Origin: Chiloscyllium plagiosum
Taxonomy: Eukaryota
NCBI RefSeq assembly: GCF_004010195.1
Contig: NC_057718.1
Coordinates: forward strand, 60,770,795-60,823,216
Direction: 5' to 3'
DNA: 52,422 nucleotides
Below the pieces are notes generated by a model. It worked only from the letters and a program-made list of their open reading frames with translations. It was not told the DNA's origin and searched no databases. Shown in pieces: positions 23,456-35,659 of the stretch; the first letter of the stretch is position 1, and each line of letters begins with the position of its first letter. A program made the position numbers and the translations under genes.

Positions 23456-23719
23456 GACCTTCTCCTTTAGCAAAGTTTTCTTATTTAACAGTACTATTCA
23501 CCATGTGCCCCATTCGAAGATTTGCATTTTGGTCTTTGTCACCAAGGCACATTTATGTCTTTCCCTTCTTACCTGGCATCTTATCCTCCTCCAATCAACC
23601 AGCCATATATATTCCCTTGCCTGTCTTTTCAAACTTACAATTATTTATTTCAGATAAATCCTATATATTTCAAAGCGATCACTTCTCATTCTTCTGTGCT
23701 GTAATGAGTTGAAACCCAA

Positions 23720-24021
23720 CCCATTTAGCCTTTGCTCATAACACAATCGCTCCATACTGGAGAGCATCCTAATAAACCTTTTTCTGCACCAATGAAATGA
23801 TATCTTTCCTTAAAAAAGGAGATGAAAGCTGCTCACAGTCCTCCAGATGTGGTCACCAGCACCTTGTAGTTACAGTAAGACTTCCCAGCTCTTATGCTCC
23901 AGCCCCCTTGAAATAAGGGCCAACATTCCATTAGCCTTCCTGATTATCTGCTGTACCTGTGTGCTAGATTTCTGTGCTTCATGTACAAGTATCCCCCAAG
24001 TCCTTTTGTGTTGCAACTTTC
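23720..24021 (-). mobile_element. Old CR1 fragment, left part of the element continued at 28523-28940
   Basis: CR1 ORF2 antisense motifs (cttgaaataagggccaacattccattagccttcctgatta). The sequence resumes colinearly after 28523. Confidence 0.75.
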
Positions 24022-25677
24022 ATAACAACATAAGAACTAGGAGCAGGAGTAGGTCATCTGGCTCTTCGAGCCCAGTGCACCATTCAATAAGATCATGACT
24101 GATCTTTTTGTGGATTCAGATCCACTTACCCACACTCTTGCCATATCCCTTAATTTCTTTATTGTACAAAAAAATCTACCTTAGCTTTAAAAACATTTAC
24201 TGAAGTAGCATCAACTACTTCACTGGGCGAGAAATTCCATAGATTTGCAACCCTCTGGGTGAAGAAGTTCCTTCTCAATTCAGTCCTAAATCTGCTGCCT
24301 CTAATCTTGAGGCTATGCCATCTTGCCCTAGTTTTACCTGCCAGTAGAAATATCCTCTCTACTTATATCTTATCTATTCCCTTCATAATTGTATATGTTT
24401 CTACAAGAACCCCCCTCATTCTTCAGAATTCCAATGATATAATCCCATCTACTTATTCTCTCCTCATAAGCCAACCCCCTCAACTCCGGAATCAACCTAG
24501 TGAACCTCTTCTGTACCTTTCCAATGCCACTACATCCTTTCTCAAGTAAGGAGACCCAAACTGCACACAGTACTCCTGGTGTGGCCTCACTAGCATCTTG
24601 TACAGCTGCAACATAATTTCCTTGCTTTTAAACTCATCCCTTTCACAATGAAGGACAAAATTCCATTTACCTTCCTAATTATTGTTGTACCTGCAGACCA
24701 AACTTTTGTAATTCATGCACAATGACACCCAGTTCCCTCTGCATAGCAGCATGCTGCAACTTTTTACCGTTTAAATAATAGTCCTTTGTACTATTATTCC
24801 GACAAAAACACACTTATTTACATTGTATTCCAACTGCCAGACCTTTGCTCGCTCACTCAATGTAACCATGTTTCTCTGCAGAGTTTCACAGTCGTCTGCA
24901 CACATTGCTCTGCCACTCATCTTAGTGTCATCTACAAACTTTGACACTCTATACGTGGTCCCCAACTCCAAATCATCTCCATAAATTGTAAATAATTGTG
25001 GTCTCAATACAATCCCTGAGATACATCACTAGTCACTGATTCCCAGCCAGAATAGTACTCATTTATCCCCATTCTTTGCATCCCGTTAGTCAACCAATCT
25101 TCCATCCATGCTAATACTTTACCCCAAATGCCATGCATCCTTATCTTATGTAGCAGTCTCTTGTGTGGCACCTTGTCGAAGGCCTTTTTGGAAATCTAGG
25201 TACACCACAACCACTGGGTCCCCATTGTCCACCTTGCTCATAATGTCTTCATAGAATTCCAAAAGACTTGTGAAGCATGACCTGCTCTTCATGAACACAT
25301 GCTGCGTCTGCCCAGTGGGATAATTTCTAAAGAGATGCCTTGCTATTTCTTCCTTGATAATAGACTCAAGCATCTTCCTCATGACAGAGGTTAAGTTAAC
25401 TGATTTATAATTCCGCATCTTTTGTCTGCTTCCCTTTTTAAACAGAGGAGTCACATTTGCTGTTTTCCAATCTGCTGAGATTGCCCCAGAGTCCAACGAA
25501 TGTTGGAAAATTACCGCCAGTCCACCTACTATTTTTCCTGCCATCTCTTTTAGTACCCTGGGATGTATTCCATCAGGGCCAGGAGACTCCATCTTAACTC
25601 CATTTGGTTGCCCAACACTATGTCTACTGTAATAATAATTGTTTCCAGGTCCTCATCTACCTTTGTCTCTTTGTCAA

Positions 25678-26292
25678 GGTCAGAGTATTGAGTACAGGAG
25701 TTTCGAGGTCATGTTGCGGCTGTACAGGATATTGGTTAGGCCACTGTTGGAATATTGCGTGCAATTCTGGTCTCCTTCCTATCAGAAAGATGTTGTGAAA
25801 CTTGAAAGTGTGCAGAAAAAGATTTACAAGGATGTTGCCAGGATTGGAGGATTTGAGCTATAGAGAGAGGTGAACAGGCTGGGGCTGTTTTCCCTGGAGC
25901 TAAGGGGTGGCCTTATAGAGGTTTACAAAATTATGAGGGGCATGGATAGGTAAATAGGCAAAGTCTTTTCCCTGGGTTGGGGAGTCCAAAACTAGAGGGT
26001 GAAAAGGTTTAGAGTGAGAGGGGAAAGATATAAAAGAGACTTAAGAGGCAACTTTTTCACGAAGAGGGTGGTATTGGTACAGAATGAGCTGCCAGAGGAA
26101 TTGATGGAGGCTGGTACAATTGCAACTTTTAAGAGGCATTTGGATGGGTATATGAATAGGAAGGGTTTGGAGGGATGTGGGTCGGATGCTGATAGGTGGA
26201 ACTAGAGTGGGTTGGGATATCTGGTCGGCATGGACAGGTTGGACCAAAGGGCCTGTTTCCATGCTGTACGCCTCTATGACTCTATGAGTCTA
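25678..26292 (+). mobile_element. CR1 3' fragment nested in the larger CR1
   Basis: LRLYRILVRPLLEYCVQFWSPSY and RGERYKRDLRGNFFTKRVV; tail ctctatgactctatgagtct. Confidence 0.95.
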
Positions 26293-26397
26293 TGTTATTA
26301 GTACCCTCCATTGTGAAGACCGTTACAAAATACCTGTTCAATGCCTTGGCCATTTCATCATATCTCATAATTAAATTCCCCTTCTCATTCTCTAAAC

Positions 26398-27011
26398 TGC
26401 AACATGAACAGAACCCCTTTGGTCCTCACGTTCTACCCCACCAGCCTTCGTATACATGGCATCATCCTCTGCCATTTCCATCACCTACAAATGGACCCCA
26501 CCACCAGAGATAAATCTCCCTCCCCATCCCTATCTGCTTTTCATAAAGACTATTCCCTCAGCAAATCCCTTGTCAGTCCACGCCCTCAACCAACCCGCCC
26601 TCCCCTCCTGGCATCTTCCCCTGCCACCGCAGGAATTGCAAAACCTGCGCCTACAGCTCCCCTCACCCCCGTCCCAGGCCCCAAAGGAGCCTTCCACAAC
26701 CATCAAAGTTTCACCTGCACTTCCAAACATGTCATTTACTGTATTTGTTGCTCCCTATGCGGTCTCCTCTATATTCGGGAGACAGACGCCTACTCACAGA
26801 GCGTTTCAGAGAACATCTCCAGGAAACCCACATCAATCAACCCCACCGCCCTGTGACCAAATGCTTCAACTCACTCCCCCCCACACCGCCAAGGACATGC
26901 AGGTCCTGGGCCTCCTCCATCATCAAACACTAACCACCTGACGCCTGGAGGAAGAACACATCATCTTCCATCTCGGGACCCTCCAACCCCACTGTATCAA
27001 TGTGGATTTCT
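26398..27011 (+). mobile_element. Penelope-like fragment (RT-EN linker and GIY-YIG), frameshifted, nested in CR1
   Basis: RTPLVLTFYPTSLRIHGIILCHF...SFTCTSKHVIYCICCSLCGLLYIRET, then ERFREHL and KDMQVLGLLH in other frames. Confidence 0.93.
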
Positions 27012-27634
27012 CTGAACGCCTTCTCTAGGCTACCCTGACCAAGCTGGTCTGATCAATCTGCATGTAGATTGAAGTTCCCCATGATAATTGATGTACCATT
27101 TTTACACACATTAGTTAACTCTTTGTTTATTGCCTGCCCCAATGTGATGTTATTATTTGGTGGCCTATAGACTATGCTTATCAGTGACTTTTTCCTCTGA
27201 GAATTTCTCATTTCCACCCAAATGGATCCAACCTCATTCTTTGTAGAACTGTATAATCTCTCAGCACCGCTCTAATGTCATCCTTGAATATCAGAGCTAC
27301 ACAACTCCCTTACCTTCCTGTCTGTCCTTCCGAATAGTCTGGTATCCCTGGATATTTAACTCCCAGTTGTGACCATCCTGTAACGATGTCACTGTAATGG
27401 TTACCAAATCATATTCTTTCGTGATGATTTATGACGTTAACCTATCAACCTTGTTACGAATGCTACGAGCATTCAGGTGAAGTGTCCCCTTATGCTAGCT
27501 TTCTTACCCTCATGATTTCCAACATTTCTAATAATATTTCCTGAGTTATCCTTCCTTTTTGCTTCTTTCAATCTGCCTTGAATTTAAATCTTCCTGCACA
27601 AATGCTAACCTGCTGCTTACCTTTTTATTTACTA

Positions 27635-28184
27635 TCATACTCCCTGGCGTTTTCCCTTTCCCTTCCTCCGATCCAGCTTGCAAAGGATACTATCTGTCCC
27701 CCTAATTATAGAATCCCCTATAACTCTCACTTGTCTTTTTTCCCCACCCCCCCTCTTGAATGGCCTTTTGCACCAGGGTGCCATGGTCAGCTGGCACATC
27801 CTCCCCATTGCCCTTTCCCTCATCCGTACAGGGAACAAACTTCTCATACCTGTTGGATAAGGTCAAAAGTTGAGGCTCCTCCACTCCTGAACTCAGAATC
27901 CCCCTACCTGCCTCAATTACAGTCACACCCTGTTGTCCCTGATCACTAACTGAATTTGAATGACTTAATCTACCAGGTGTGACTGCCTCCTGAAACAAAG
28001 CATCCAGGTTACTGTCCCCCTCCTGGATGTGCCACAGTGTTTGAAACTCAGATTCCAGATCACTAATTCTGATCCAGAGTTCCTCCAACAACCAACACCT
28101 GCTGTGGATGTGGTCACTGCCATTTACACTGGGATTAGCCAGCTCCCACATCATATAGCGACAGTACATCGCCTGCTCAGCCAT
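27635..28184 (-). pseudogene. CR1 ORF1 (Zn-finger/leucine zipper plus start of SGNH esterase domain)
   Basis: MAEQAMYCRYMMWEL...SRCWLLEELWIRISDLESEFQTL, then VIGDSIIRGTDSILC (GDS block) in a shifted frame; truncated afterwards. Confidence 0.85.
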
Positions 28185-28522
28185 CTCTACTTAGTTAGTT
28201 ACTTGATTACTTTACATAAATTTATGAGTTAAATACTTCATAATATTTGTCTGCTCTGGTCTTTTTCAAATAACTAATTAATAGATGAATAAAAAATGTA
28301 ATTTTTTAACCAATTACATGATACAGAAGAAATAGAAAAAATGGGAAACCTTACCTTACCAACATACCACAGAGTCCCTTTTTTCTTGGTTTGAGGAAGA
28401 GGGCAGGTGGGAGACACTACACGTGACGTGTCTCGGGTTCAGCTACTGCCCAAATATATTCCCTGTAGCCCACTGGTCCCCGCTGTCATGTATCCCTCTG
28501 CTGCTGACGAATGAAGGAGTTC

Positions 28523-28940
28523 CTGCAGGGGTTTTTTCTCAGTTTCAATAATACTTTGTTTTTTGATCTCCATTCCAAAATGAACAACTTTACATTTTCC
28601 TGCATTATACTCCATTTGCCAACTGTTTTGCCCATTTATATAAATGATCTATATTTCTCTGTAAACTGTTTGCATCCCTTTCCCAAACTGCCTTTCCACT
28701 TACTTTTGTGTTGTCTGAAAATTTGGTTACAGTGCATCCAAGACATTCATATGCATTATAAACGGTTGCAGTCCCGGCACTGATCCCTATGGAACCCCAT
28801 TGGTGACAGGTTGGCAACCTGAAAAAGAACCCCTTCTCCCTACTCATTCTTTCCTGCTCAAACACTATTTCTCTGCCTTAAACACCATGGGCATTTCTAA
28901 CTTAATCTTTTTTGAGGTACTTTGTCGAACACGTTGTGGA
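28523..28940 (-). mobile_element. Old CR1 RT fragment, continuation of 23720-24021
   Basis: GCTVTKFSDNTKVSG...LQRNIDHLYKWAK in ORF 28605-28865. Confidence 0.85.
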
Positions 28941-30815
28941 ACATTTGGTCTCACTCAGCTTCTGCAATGACTCCTCATTCTCAATGATTTCAAATTCTAT
29001 CTCTGTTATTTTGCAATCTCTCCTTGAAATTCACCGATTCCTCACCTGAACCAAACCTCTCTCTTCAGGCAAACTTTCTCACCCATGTTCACAGTAACCC
29101 TTCAACTTTATAATACATCCCTAGACTCAACCACAGAGAAAACAATCCCTGACCATTTCATTTGTCCTATCTCCTAACTCTTTAAAAGCCACTCTGTGTA
29201 CACTCCTAGAAAGATCCTGCCCCGAATCATTTGGTACGAACCTTTAACCTCCCGAATTCTTAATCTTTGGCACTCAAATCATCACAATGCTTTATAACAG
29301 TTAATTGGTGAAACCATGCTCTTAACTCCAACTTTTACATCCATTCCCCAGAAAAGCTCTCACAATTGTTTCCTCAATAGGACCCCTATTTGTCTTTGAA
29401 ATAGAACGTACTTCTTAAAATTGATCTGCCAAACAACTCACTTAAATATCTACCTGCAGAAATAGCTAGCCACATCAAGGACTAATGGGTCTCACTCTCC
29501 TCTTCTGACAGCTTCTGCCTCTAATGTTGAGTTCCAGTTGATGTCTATGAGGTTGTACTTTAAAGTAAGAATATAGCTAGCCTGTTAGATCTTTTAACAA
29601 TAAATATTTATTAACTCCACCCAAATTACAAATCTAAGCCAGTGCTATTTCACTGGATTCTTCTCATTAACATGTCCATTAGCATGTAGTTATGTGTAAT
29701 CAGGAAATCATCAATGATATAACTTAAATATTTAATGCTCTGTATTTCTCTCTATAGATGCTAACTGATCATTTTTTTTGTTTCCGATTTCCAGCGTTCA
29801 CAGGATTTTTATTTTGATTTTATTTCAGTTTAAAATATTAGAAACAAAATGAGCTGGAAAAAGTGAAATGCTGATTAGGAAAATTAGATGGTTTGTGGAC
29901 TGTCGTCAGCCTTGAGAGGTGGAAAGTATTAATCGGCATGAAAACCATCTGTTATAGGAACTGAATAAACGTACGTATAAAGAAGGAAACCCTTTACTGA
30001 CACACTCCACACACAGTAATGAAAACATAGGCAGGCCACGGCTCTACCATGTTATGCCCTGTCTCTGTAAACCTTTATCCTTACTCCACTTACTCTCACC
30101 TCCAACAGCCAACTGAAGAGTCTAGTGGGCTTCTTGTTACCCAGACTGAGCACATGGTGCTGTTCCTTATCTTGAGTGTCAAAGCAATCAACTCGAGCCT
30201 AAAAGCATTCTTCTCCAAATCTTTCCATTCAATCTTTCCACTCTGAATTCATGTATCCAAAAGATCCATTTCCTATTCTCTCAAGCCAATTTGCAATGTA
30301 CTGCAGACCATCCAACTTCCCTCCTTGAAACAAGTGGAAAAACTGAATTGAGCACGAGGCTAAAAACTAACTTCCTGATGGCTGAGTGGAACTATGGTAG
30401 GACATTTTGGGAAGTTTGACGGTGGATCAAGTTTCTCAACGGCAAATATCAGCATGTTGTTCTCGACGTAATTCTTATTCATGAAAAGAAAATCTTTGTA
30501 GAATTAAGTTCACCTATCAAATTAAACTCTCCGTGAGTGAGAAATATGTGCCTTCAGAATCACAACTTGCAGCTGGCAAAATACTATACTTGCTGAAACT
30601 GAAGTCAGTTACCATTGTTCTTTCCCTCTTTGGAGAATGATGTTCCCTAACAAGCCATGATTGGAGTTGAGTGGTGATAGGCAAATATGCAAATATAGAG
30701 GAATGTCTATTAGGACTTTGGGTGGCTTGCCTCAGCAACAGATCAACCGTGCAGACTGAATATGTGCAGCCTCTTCATACTGTCTTCATTGTATGAATTG
30801 CAGGATACTGTAGGT

Positions 30816-30950
30816 TCTGGATTAGTGGTGCTGGAAGAGCACAGCAGTTCAGGCAGCATCCAAGGAGCAGCTGCCTGAACTGCTGTGCTCTTCCAGCACC
30901 ACTAATCCAGAATCTGGTTTCCAGCATCTGCAGTCATTGTTTTTAACCAC
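30816..30950. mobile_element. Young 135-bp Penelope-derived hairpin insertion
   Basis: Perfect 43-bp inverted repeat (30815-30857/30870-30912) and perfect 15-bp TSD caggatactgtaggt (30801-30815, 30951-30965). Confidence 0.92.
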
Positions 30951-31070
30951 CAGGATACTGTAGGTGTCATGCACTTACTGGAGGGGGCTCAGGAGCTAAC
31001 ATAAGCATGTATTCTCATGAAGTATGAAACTGAGTATGGGATGATACTCAATCACTCTGTCTGCTTTCAG

Positions 31071-31214
31071 GAAAAACGTGCTCATAATCATCAGGAGTAC
31101 AATGTGACAAGAAGTGGTGCTCCCGGTTTTAGGATTCTCACCCACTTTGAGGAAAAGGCCATAGAAACGGGTGGGAAGAAGAGGATTTACAAATTGAGAG
31201 AAGCAATTCAATGA
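31071..31214 (+). pseudogene. Harbinger Myb/SANT partner gene, second exon remnant
   Basis: Acceptor ctctgtctgctttcag, then EKRAHNHQEYNVTRSGAPGFRILTHFEEKAIE, resembling the EK.AHN.RE...TGGG......LT..EE.AL motif downstream of Myb_DNA-bind_5. Confidence 0.7.
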
Positions 31215-31324
31215 GGATGCCTCTAATCTGCCATTACTAAGACAAATGTATGCAACAGTACTGAGAAAAGGGATTGAGCATAACCATCAGCTAATTCTTT
31301 ATGTTCTCCATTGTGAGCACCATT

Positions 31325-31590
31325 CATAACTACAAATTGAGGGGTGATAGATTTAAGACAGATGTCAGAGGCAGATTCTTTACGCAGAGAGTGGTAAGGG
31401 CATGGAATGCCCTACCTGCTAATGTAGTCAACTCAGCCACATTAGGGAGATTTAAATAATCCTTAGATAAGCACATGGATGATTTTGGGATAGTGTAGGG
31501 GGACAAGCTGAGAATAGTTCTCAGGTCGGAGCAACATCGAGAGCTGAAGGGCCTGTTCTGCGCTGTATTGCTTTATGTTCTATGTTCTAC
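31325..31590 (+). mobile_element. CR1 3' end
   Basis: YKLRGDRFKTDVRGRFFTQRVVRAWNALP; tail tatgttctatgttcta. Confidence 0.92.
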
Positions 31591-31744
31591 ATTCTATTTC
31601 CCTCCCTGGCCACAGTTATGAAAAATATTTGATACCTTCGTATGCTATCCAGCCTCAGGTATGCTCTGTCATTAAAGATTCCTTACTTCTACCTCTGTCA
31701 AAATGAGATAACAAGAGTCCAGAGATAGTAAGCTCAATTAAGGT

Positions 31745-32276
31745 GAAGGGCAAGGCTGGTAGGGGTAGGGAACGCTGGGTTTCTAGAGAAATTGAAGTTT
31801 TGGTCAAGAAAAAGAAGGAAGCATATATCATGTATTGACAGCAGAGATCAAGTAAACCCCGAAGAGACTATGAAGGCAGTAGGAGTATACTTAAGAGGGA
31901 GATCAAGAGGGCAAAAAGGAACATGAGATACCTTTGGCAAATAGGGTTAAGGGGATTGCAAAGAGATTCTATAAATACATTGAGGACAAAAGAGCAACTA
32001 GGGAGAGAATAGGACCCCTTAAAGATCAGCAAGGTAGCCTATGTATGGAACTGCAGGATTTGGGAGAGATACTAAATTAATATTTTGCATCAGGATTTAC
32101 TGAGGAGAAGGATATGGAAGATACAGAATGCGGGGAAATATTACAGAGGAGGCAGTGCTGAATAGCTCCAAATGCATAAAGATGGATAAATCTCCAGAAC
32201 CTGATCATGTACCCTAAAACCCTGTGGAAAGCGTTTGCTGGGTCCTTTGCTGAGATATTTGTATCATCGATAGCCA
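31745..32276 (+). mobile_element. CR1 ORF2 internal fragment
   Basis: LKREIKRAK, KRFYKYI, ERIGPLKDQQG, EILN*YFAS and KSPEPD remnants. Confidence 0.85.
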
Positions 32277-32516
32277 TAGATTAGATTCCCTTCAGTGTGG
32301 AAACAGGCCATTCGGCCCACAAGTCCAAACCAATTCTCCGAAGAGTAACCCACCCAGACCCATTCCCTACATTTCCCTCTGACTAATGCACCTAACACTA
32401 TGGGCAATTTACCATGGCCAATTCACCTGGCCTGTACATCTTTGAATTGTGGGAGGAAATAGGAGCACCCAGAGGAAACCACACAGACACGGGGAGAATG
32501 TGCAAACTCAACACAA
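32277..32516 (-). mobile_element. HE1-type SINE lacking its tRNA head
   Basis: (tagat)n tail, cagtgtggaaacaggcc and V-domain up to gaatgtgcaaactc. Confidence 0.9.
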
Positions 32517-33060
32517 TCGGAAAATGTATCATGAAAGTTCACATTAGACAAATAGAACATCAAGATGAGTGCAGAAGTTTCATCTCAGAAAATTTGACGC
32601 TATATGAGCAGTGTTTTCTAAACAAGCTGCATGAAAATCCAATTCACATTTAGGTTAATTGTGTTGTGTTTAGATTATGCTCCAAAGGTTTCTACAGTAC
32701 CAATAATAGCCCAGTCAGTTTTGAGGTACATATGCATGTGTGTAATACAGCAGACACATATAAAATTACCACAGGGAGACACAACATTTAAGACAAGGAA
32801 TACTTTATTTTTGTTGGGACTTGAACAGCTGCTTAGAATTAATCCAGTTTTGTACTTTTGCAAGCATCTTATAATAAGGAATTCTTTGCATGCCAATGCC
32901 TGGAGTGCTCTGTAGTTAATCAGTTTGTACTTTGCAAAGGTACAGATGTGAATTAATGGTTCAACTTAAAGTTTGAGGCAAGTTACAATCATTCAAGTTT
33001 CACGTGAAAGGATGTTATTAAACTCCTCTCCACAATTGATTTGATAAATTCGATTAATTA

Positions 33061-33601
33061 TAGAATCATAGAATCCCTACAATGTGAAAGCAGACCATTC
33101 GACCCATCAAGTCCACACTGGCCTTCTGAAGAGCATCCCACCCCTCAATCCTATCACTGTGATGCTGCATTTTCCCATGGCTAACCCACACATTCCTGGG
33201 CACAATAGGCAATTTAGCATGGCCAATCTGGGTTTCCTACAGCTGCTCTGGTTTCCTCCCACAGTCCAAAGACGTGAGGGTTAGGTGGATTGGCCATACT
33301 AAATTGTCCACAGTATCAGGGATGTACAGGCTCGCTGAATTAGCCATAGCAAATGCAGGGTTACAGGGATAGGGTAGGGTGGTGGATTTGGGTGTGGACT
33401 CAATTGGACAAATGGCCTGCTTCCACGCTATAGGAACTCTACGATTCATTTTGGGACTGTGGGAGGAAACCGGAGCACCCAGAGGAAACTTACATAGACA
33501 AGGGGAGAATGTGCAAACTCCACACAGACAGTTGCCCGAGGATAGAAGTGAGCCCGGCTCTCTGGCACTGTGAGGCAGCAGTTCTAACCACTGAGCCACA
33601 T
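33061..33601 (-). mobile_element. HE1-type SINE containing an oppositely oriented SINE segment (~33229-33447)
   Basis: Tail half 33061-33228 and head half 33448-33601 lie on minus. The intervening piece reads V-domain to tail on plus. Confidence 0.88.
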
Positions 33602-34989
33602 GTTATCTTTTGAATTATACCCTGCTGATAAAATGATTCAAATAAAATTGAAAGCGCAAAATAAACCTTTGTATGTTTCATGGTCACAGTCTGCATCTTT
33701 GCTGCAAGAAAGCAAGGTACAGCATAAAAGAAATAATGTTCCAATGGGTTTTTTAAAAATTGTATTAATTTGTATTGACTGTGATGTTTTGAAAGTGTTC
33801 AAGTCTACTTGAACTATGCAGCAAAATTTATTGCAAAACAGTTATTTCGACTCTGAAGAATCAGTCAAAAAGTAATTTCTTAAAGTGGTTTTTGTGGTTT
33901 GAACTTTCATTGTGATAAACTGTCAGTGTTTATTTCAGCTCCCTTCATCGCATGGACCAGGTCCGATAGAAGAGATGATAATAAAAAGAAAAAAAACTGC
34001 ATGGTTTCCACCATTGTTGCACCAAAAACAAGGGACGGATTTAAGTCTCAGTGGCTTTTTGTCAGATTTATTCCCTACCCAACCGACAGCAGCCCAAGGC
34101 TGGATTGGGGAAGTCCTGTATAGTACATGTGAGGCCTAGTGGACCCGTAATGTTTCTTCTTACCTTACAAAATATGGTAAAAATAATATTTCAGGGAATC
34201 TTCACATCCTGATCCTCTTCTGACCAGTTCCGACCTTTGGGGAAAGTTTCTTCACTTAGACATAGGTACAAAGTTGCAATTGGAACCCAAAGTTGCAATT
34301 TGTTTACAGATTATACCATTAACAATATCTGTATAGAGGCACAGTGTATGTCATTGAGATTTACTCAAAATAACAGGTAAAATCAGGATTATCGCAAGCA
34401 AGCTAGAATTCAATGAGTATGTTACCTACTGTGCATTTTAACAATCCAAATATGGCAAATAGGTTTACGTGCTGGCAACTGCTATTAAAAGTTTATCATA
34501 TTCATAATAATTTCTGTTGATGTCAGTAACTGTTCACTAGTATTATTGAGCCATTTTGAGCTGTAAACTCCAGGTTTTATCTGTGACCCTGTACTGAGTT
34601 GCATTACTGTATATCCTAAAAGGCAGGAGAGAGGGTGTGACAATTCACCTCTGCATCTCTGACAAAAATTAAGCAGAGTTCCTGAGATTGATCACTGTCC
34701 AGTGACCCTTGTTGGAAAGTGCTCACGGCAGAACGGGACAGTAAGGTTAACCTTGTTGTTTGTACTCGCTTGAAAAATGCATGAAGATTCAGTCTCTGGG
34801 CATGCAAAGGAAGAATGGTTACTTTGGTGAGTACAAGTGCACTGCTGATGGCAGTGGAACCATAACCCAACACAAGACAGTGCTGTCCAGAGAACAGAGC
34901 AGAAATAAACTCAGAACAGGTTTTGGTTGATGAGGAAGAATTATAAATAAATATATTTAAAATTAGAAAAATGAGAAATAGAGTAAAAC

Positions 34990-35659
34990 ACATCCTCTTA
35001 TATATTCTTTCTCACAATCTTTGATAGCCAGAGATGTCTGATTTCACTGGCCTTCAGATCTTCCTCTGCTGCAGTTGTTAGCTGTAAAATCTGAGTAGGA
35101 CCATGTTTGATTGTCTCCATCTTAGTATTCTGCAACAGGGGAAAGAGCTGACCTATGAATGATTGTAATGGCAAGTGTTCACCCAATAGATGCATTGCTT
35201 TTGTTGAGGGTGACAATGTGAGAGAGGTATCAAATTACATCAATATAAAGATGGGTGTCAATGATGGATGGATAGAAATGGATGGGAGGAAAAGTATAGA
35301 AGGAAAAGGGCGGATGCATTTATAAGATAACAGGCTGTAAATGATGTGATGGAATAGTCATGAGAAAGCAGAGTCAAGGGGTGCTGTGATGTTGACAACA
35401 GGATGTAGGTAAATGTGCAGCTACACTCACTTATCATGAACTGATTAGGTCATTAAAGCATTTCCTGCACTGAATCCAGAAGCGTGGCAAAATGCCTTCC
35501 TGTTAAGCTCCTGGGCTGCCTCTGGCCACAGTGTGGTTTCCTCCTTCCATTGCTGTTTAAGATTATCTCTCTCCAATTCCTCACAGCCTCCAGCAGTACA
35601 GAGAAGAAGGCTTTATTGAAGCAGGGTAGAGACTTGAAACATCCTGAATCCATTGTCAC
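34990..35659 (-). pseudogene. Harbinger Myb/SANT-like DNA-binding gene remnant, two exons
   Basis: Exon 1: PCFNKAFFSVLLEAVRNWREIILNSNGRRKP and, after a frameshift, WIQCRKCFNDLIS; donor GTGAGT at 35430-35425. Exon 2 from ~35129: ...HGPTQILQLTTAAEEDL. Confidence 0.85.

Larger units (their letters stand above)
24022..28520 (-). mobile_element. CR1 LINE retaining 5' UTR, ORF1, APE, RT and 3' tail, with internal deletions and two nested insertions
   Basis: 3' tail at ~24022. RT: SPGPDGIHPRVLKE...DWKTANVTPLFKKG...VVYLDFQK and SKFVDDTK. APE N-terminus LNARSIRNK at ~27450-27480. ORF1 at 27635-28184. Confidence 0.93.

Noticed and set aside
33899..34139. Overlapping short ORFs after an acceptor-like tttatttcag
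   Set aside because: No recognisable protein and no matching donor; insufficient support.
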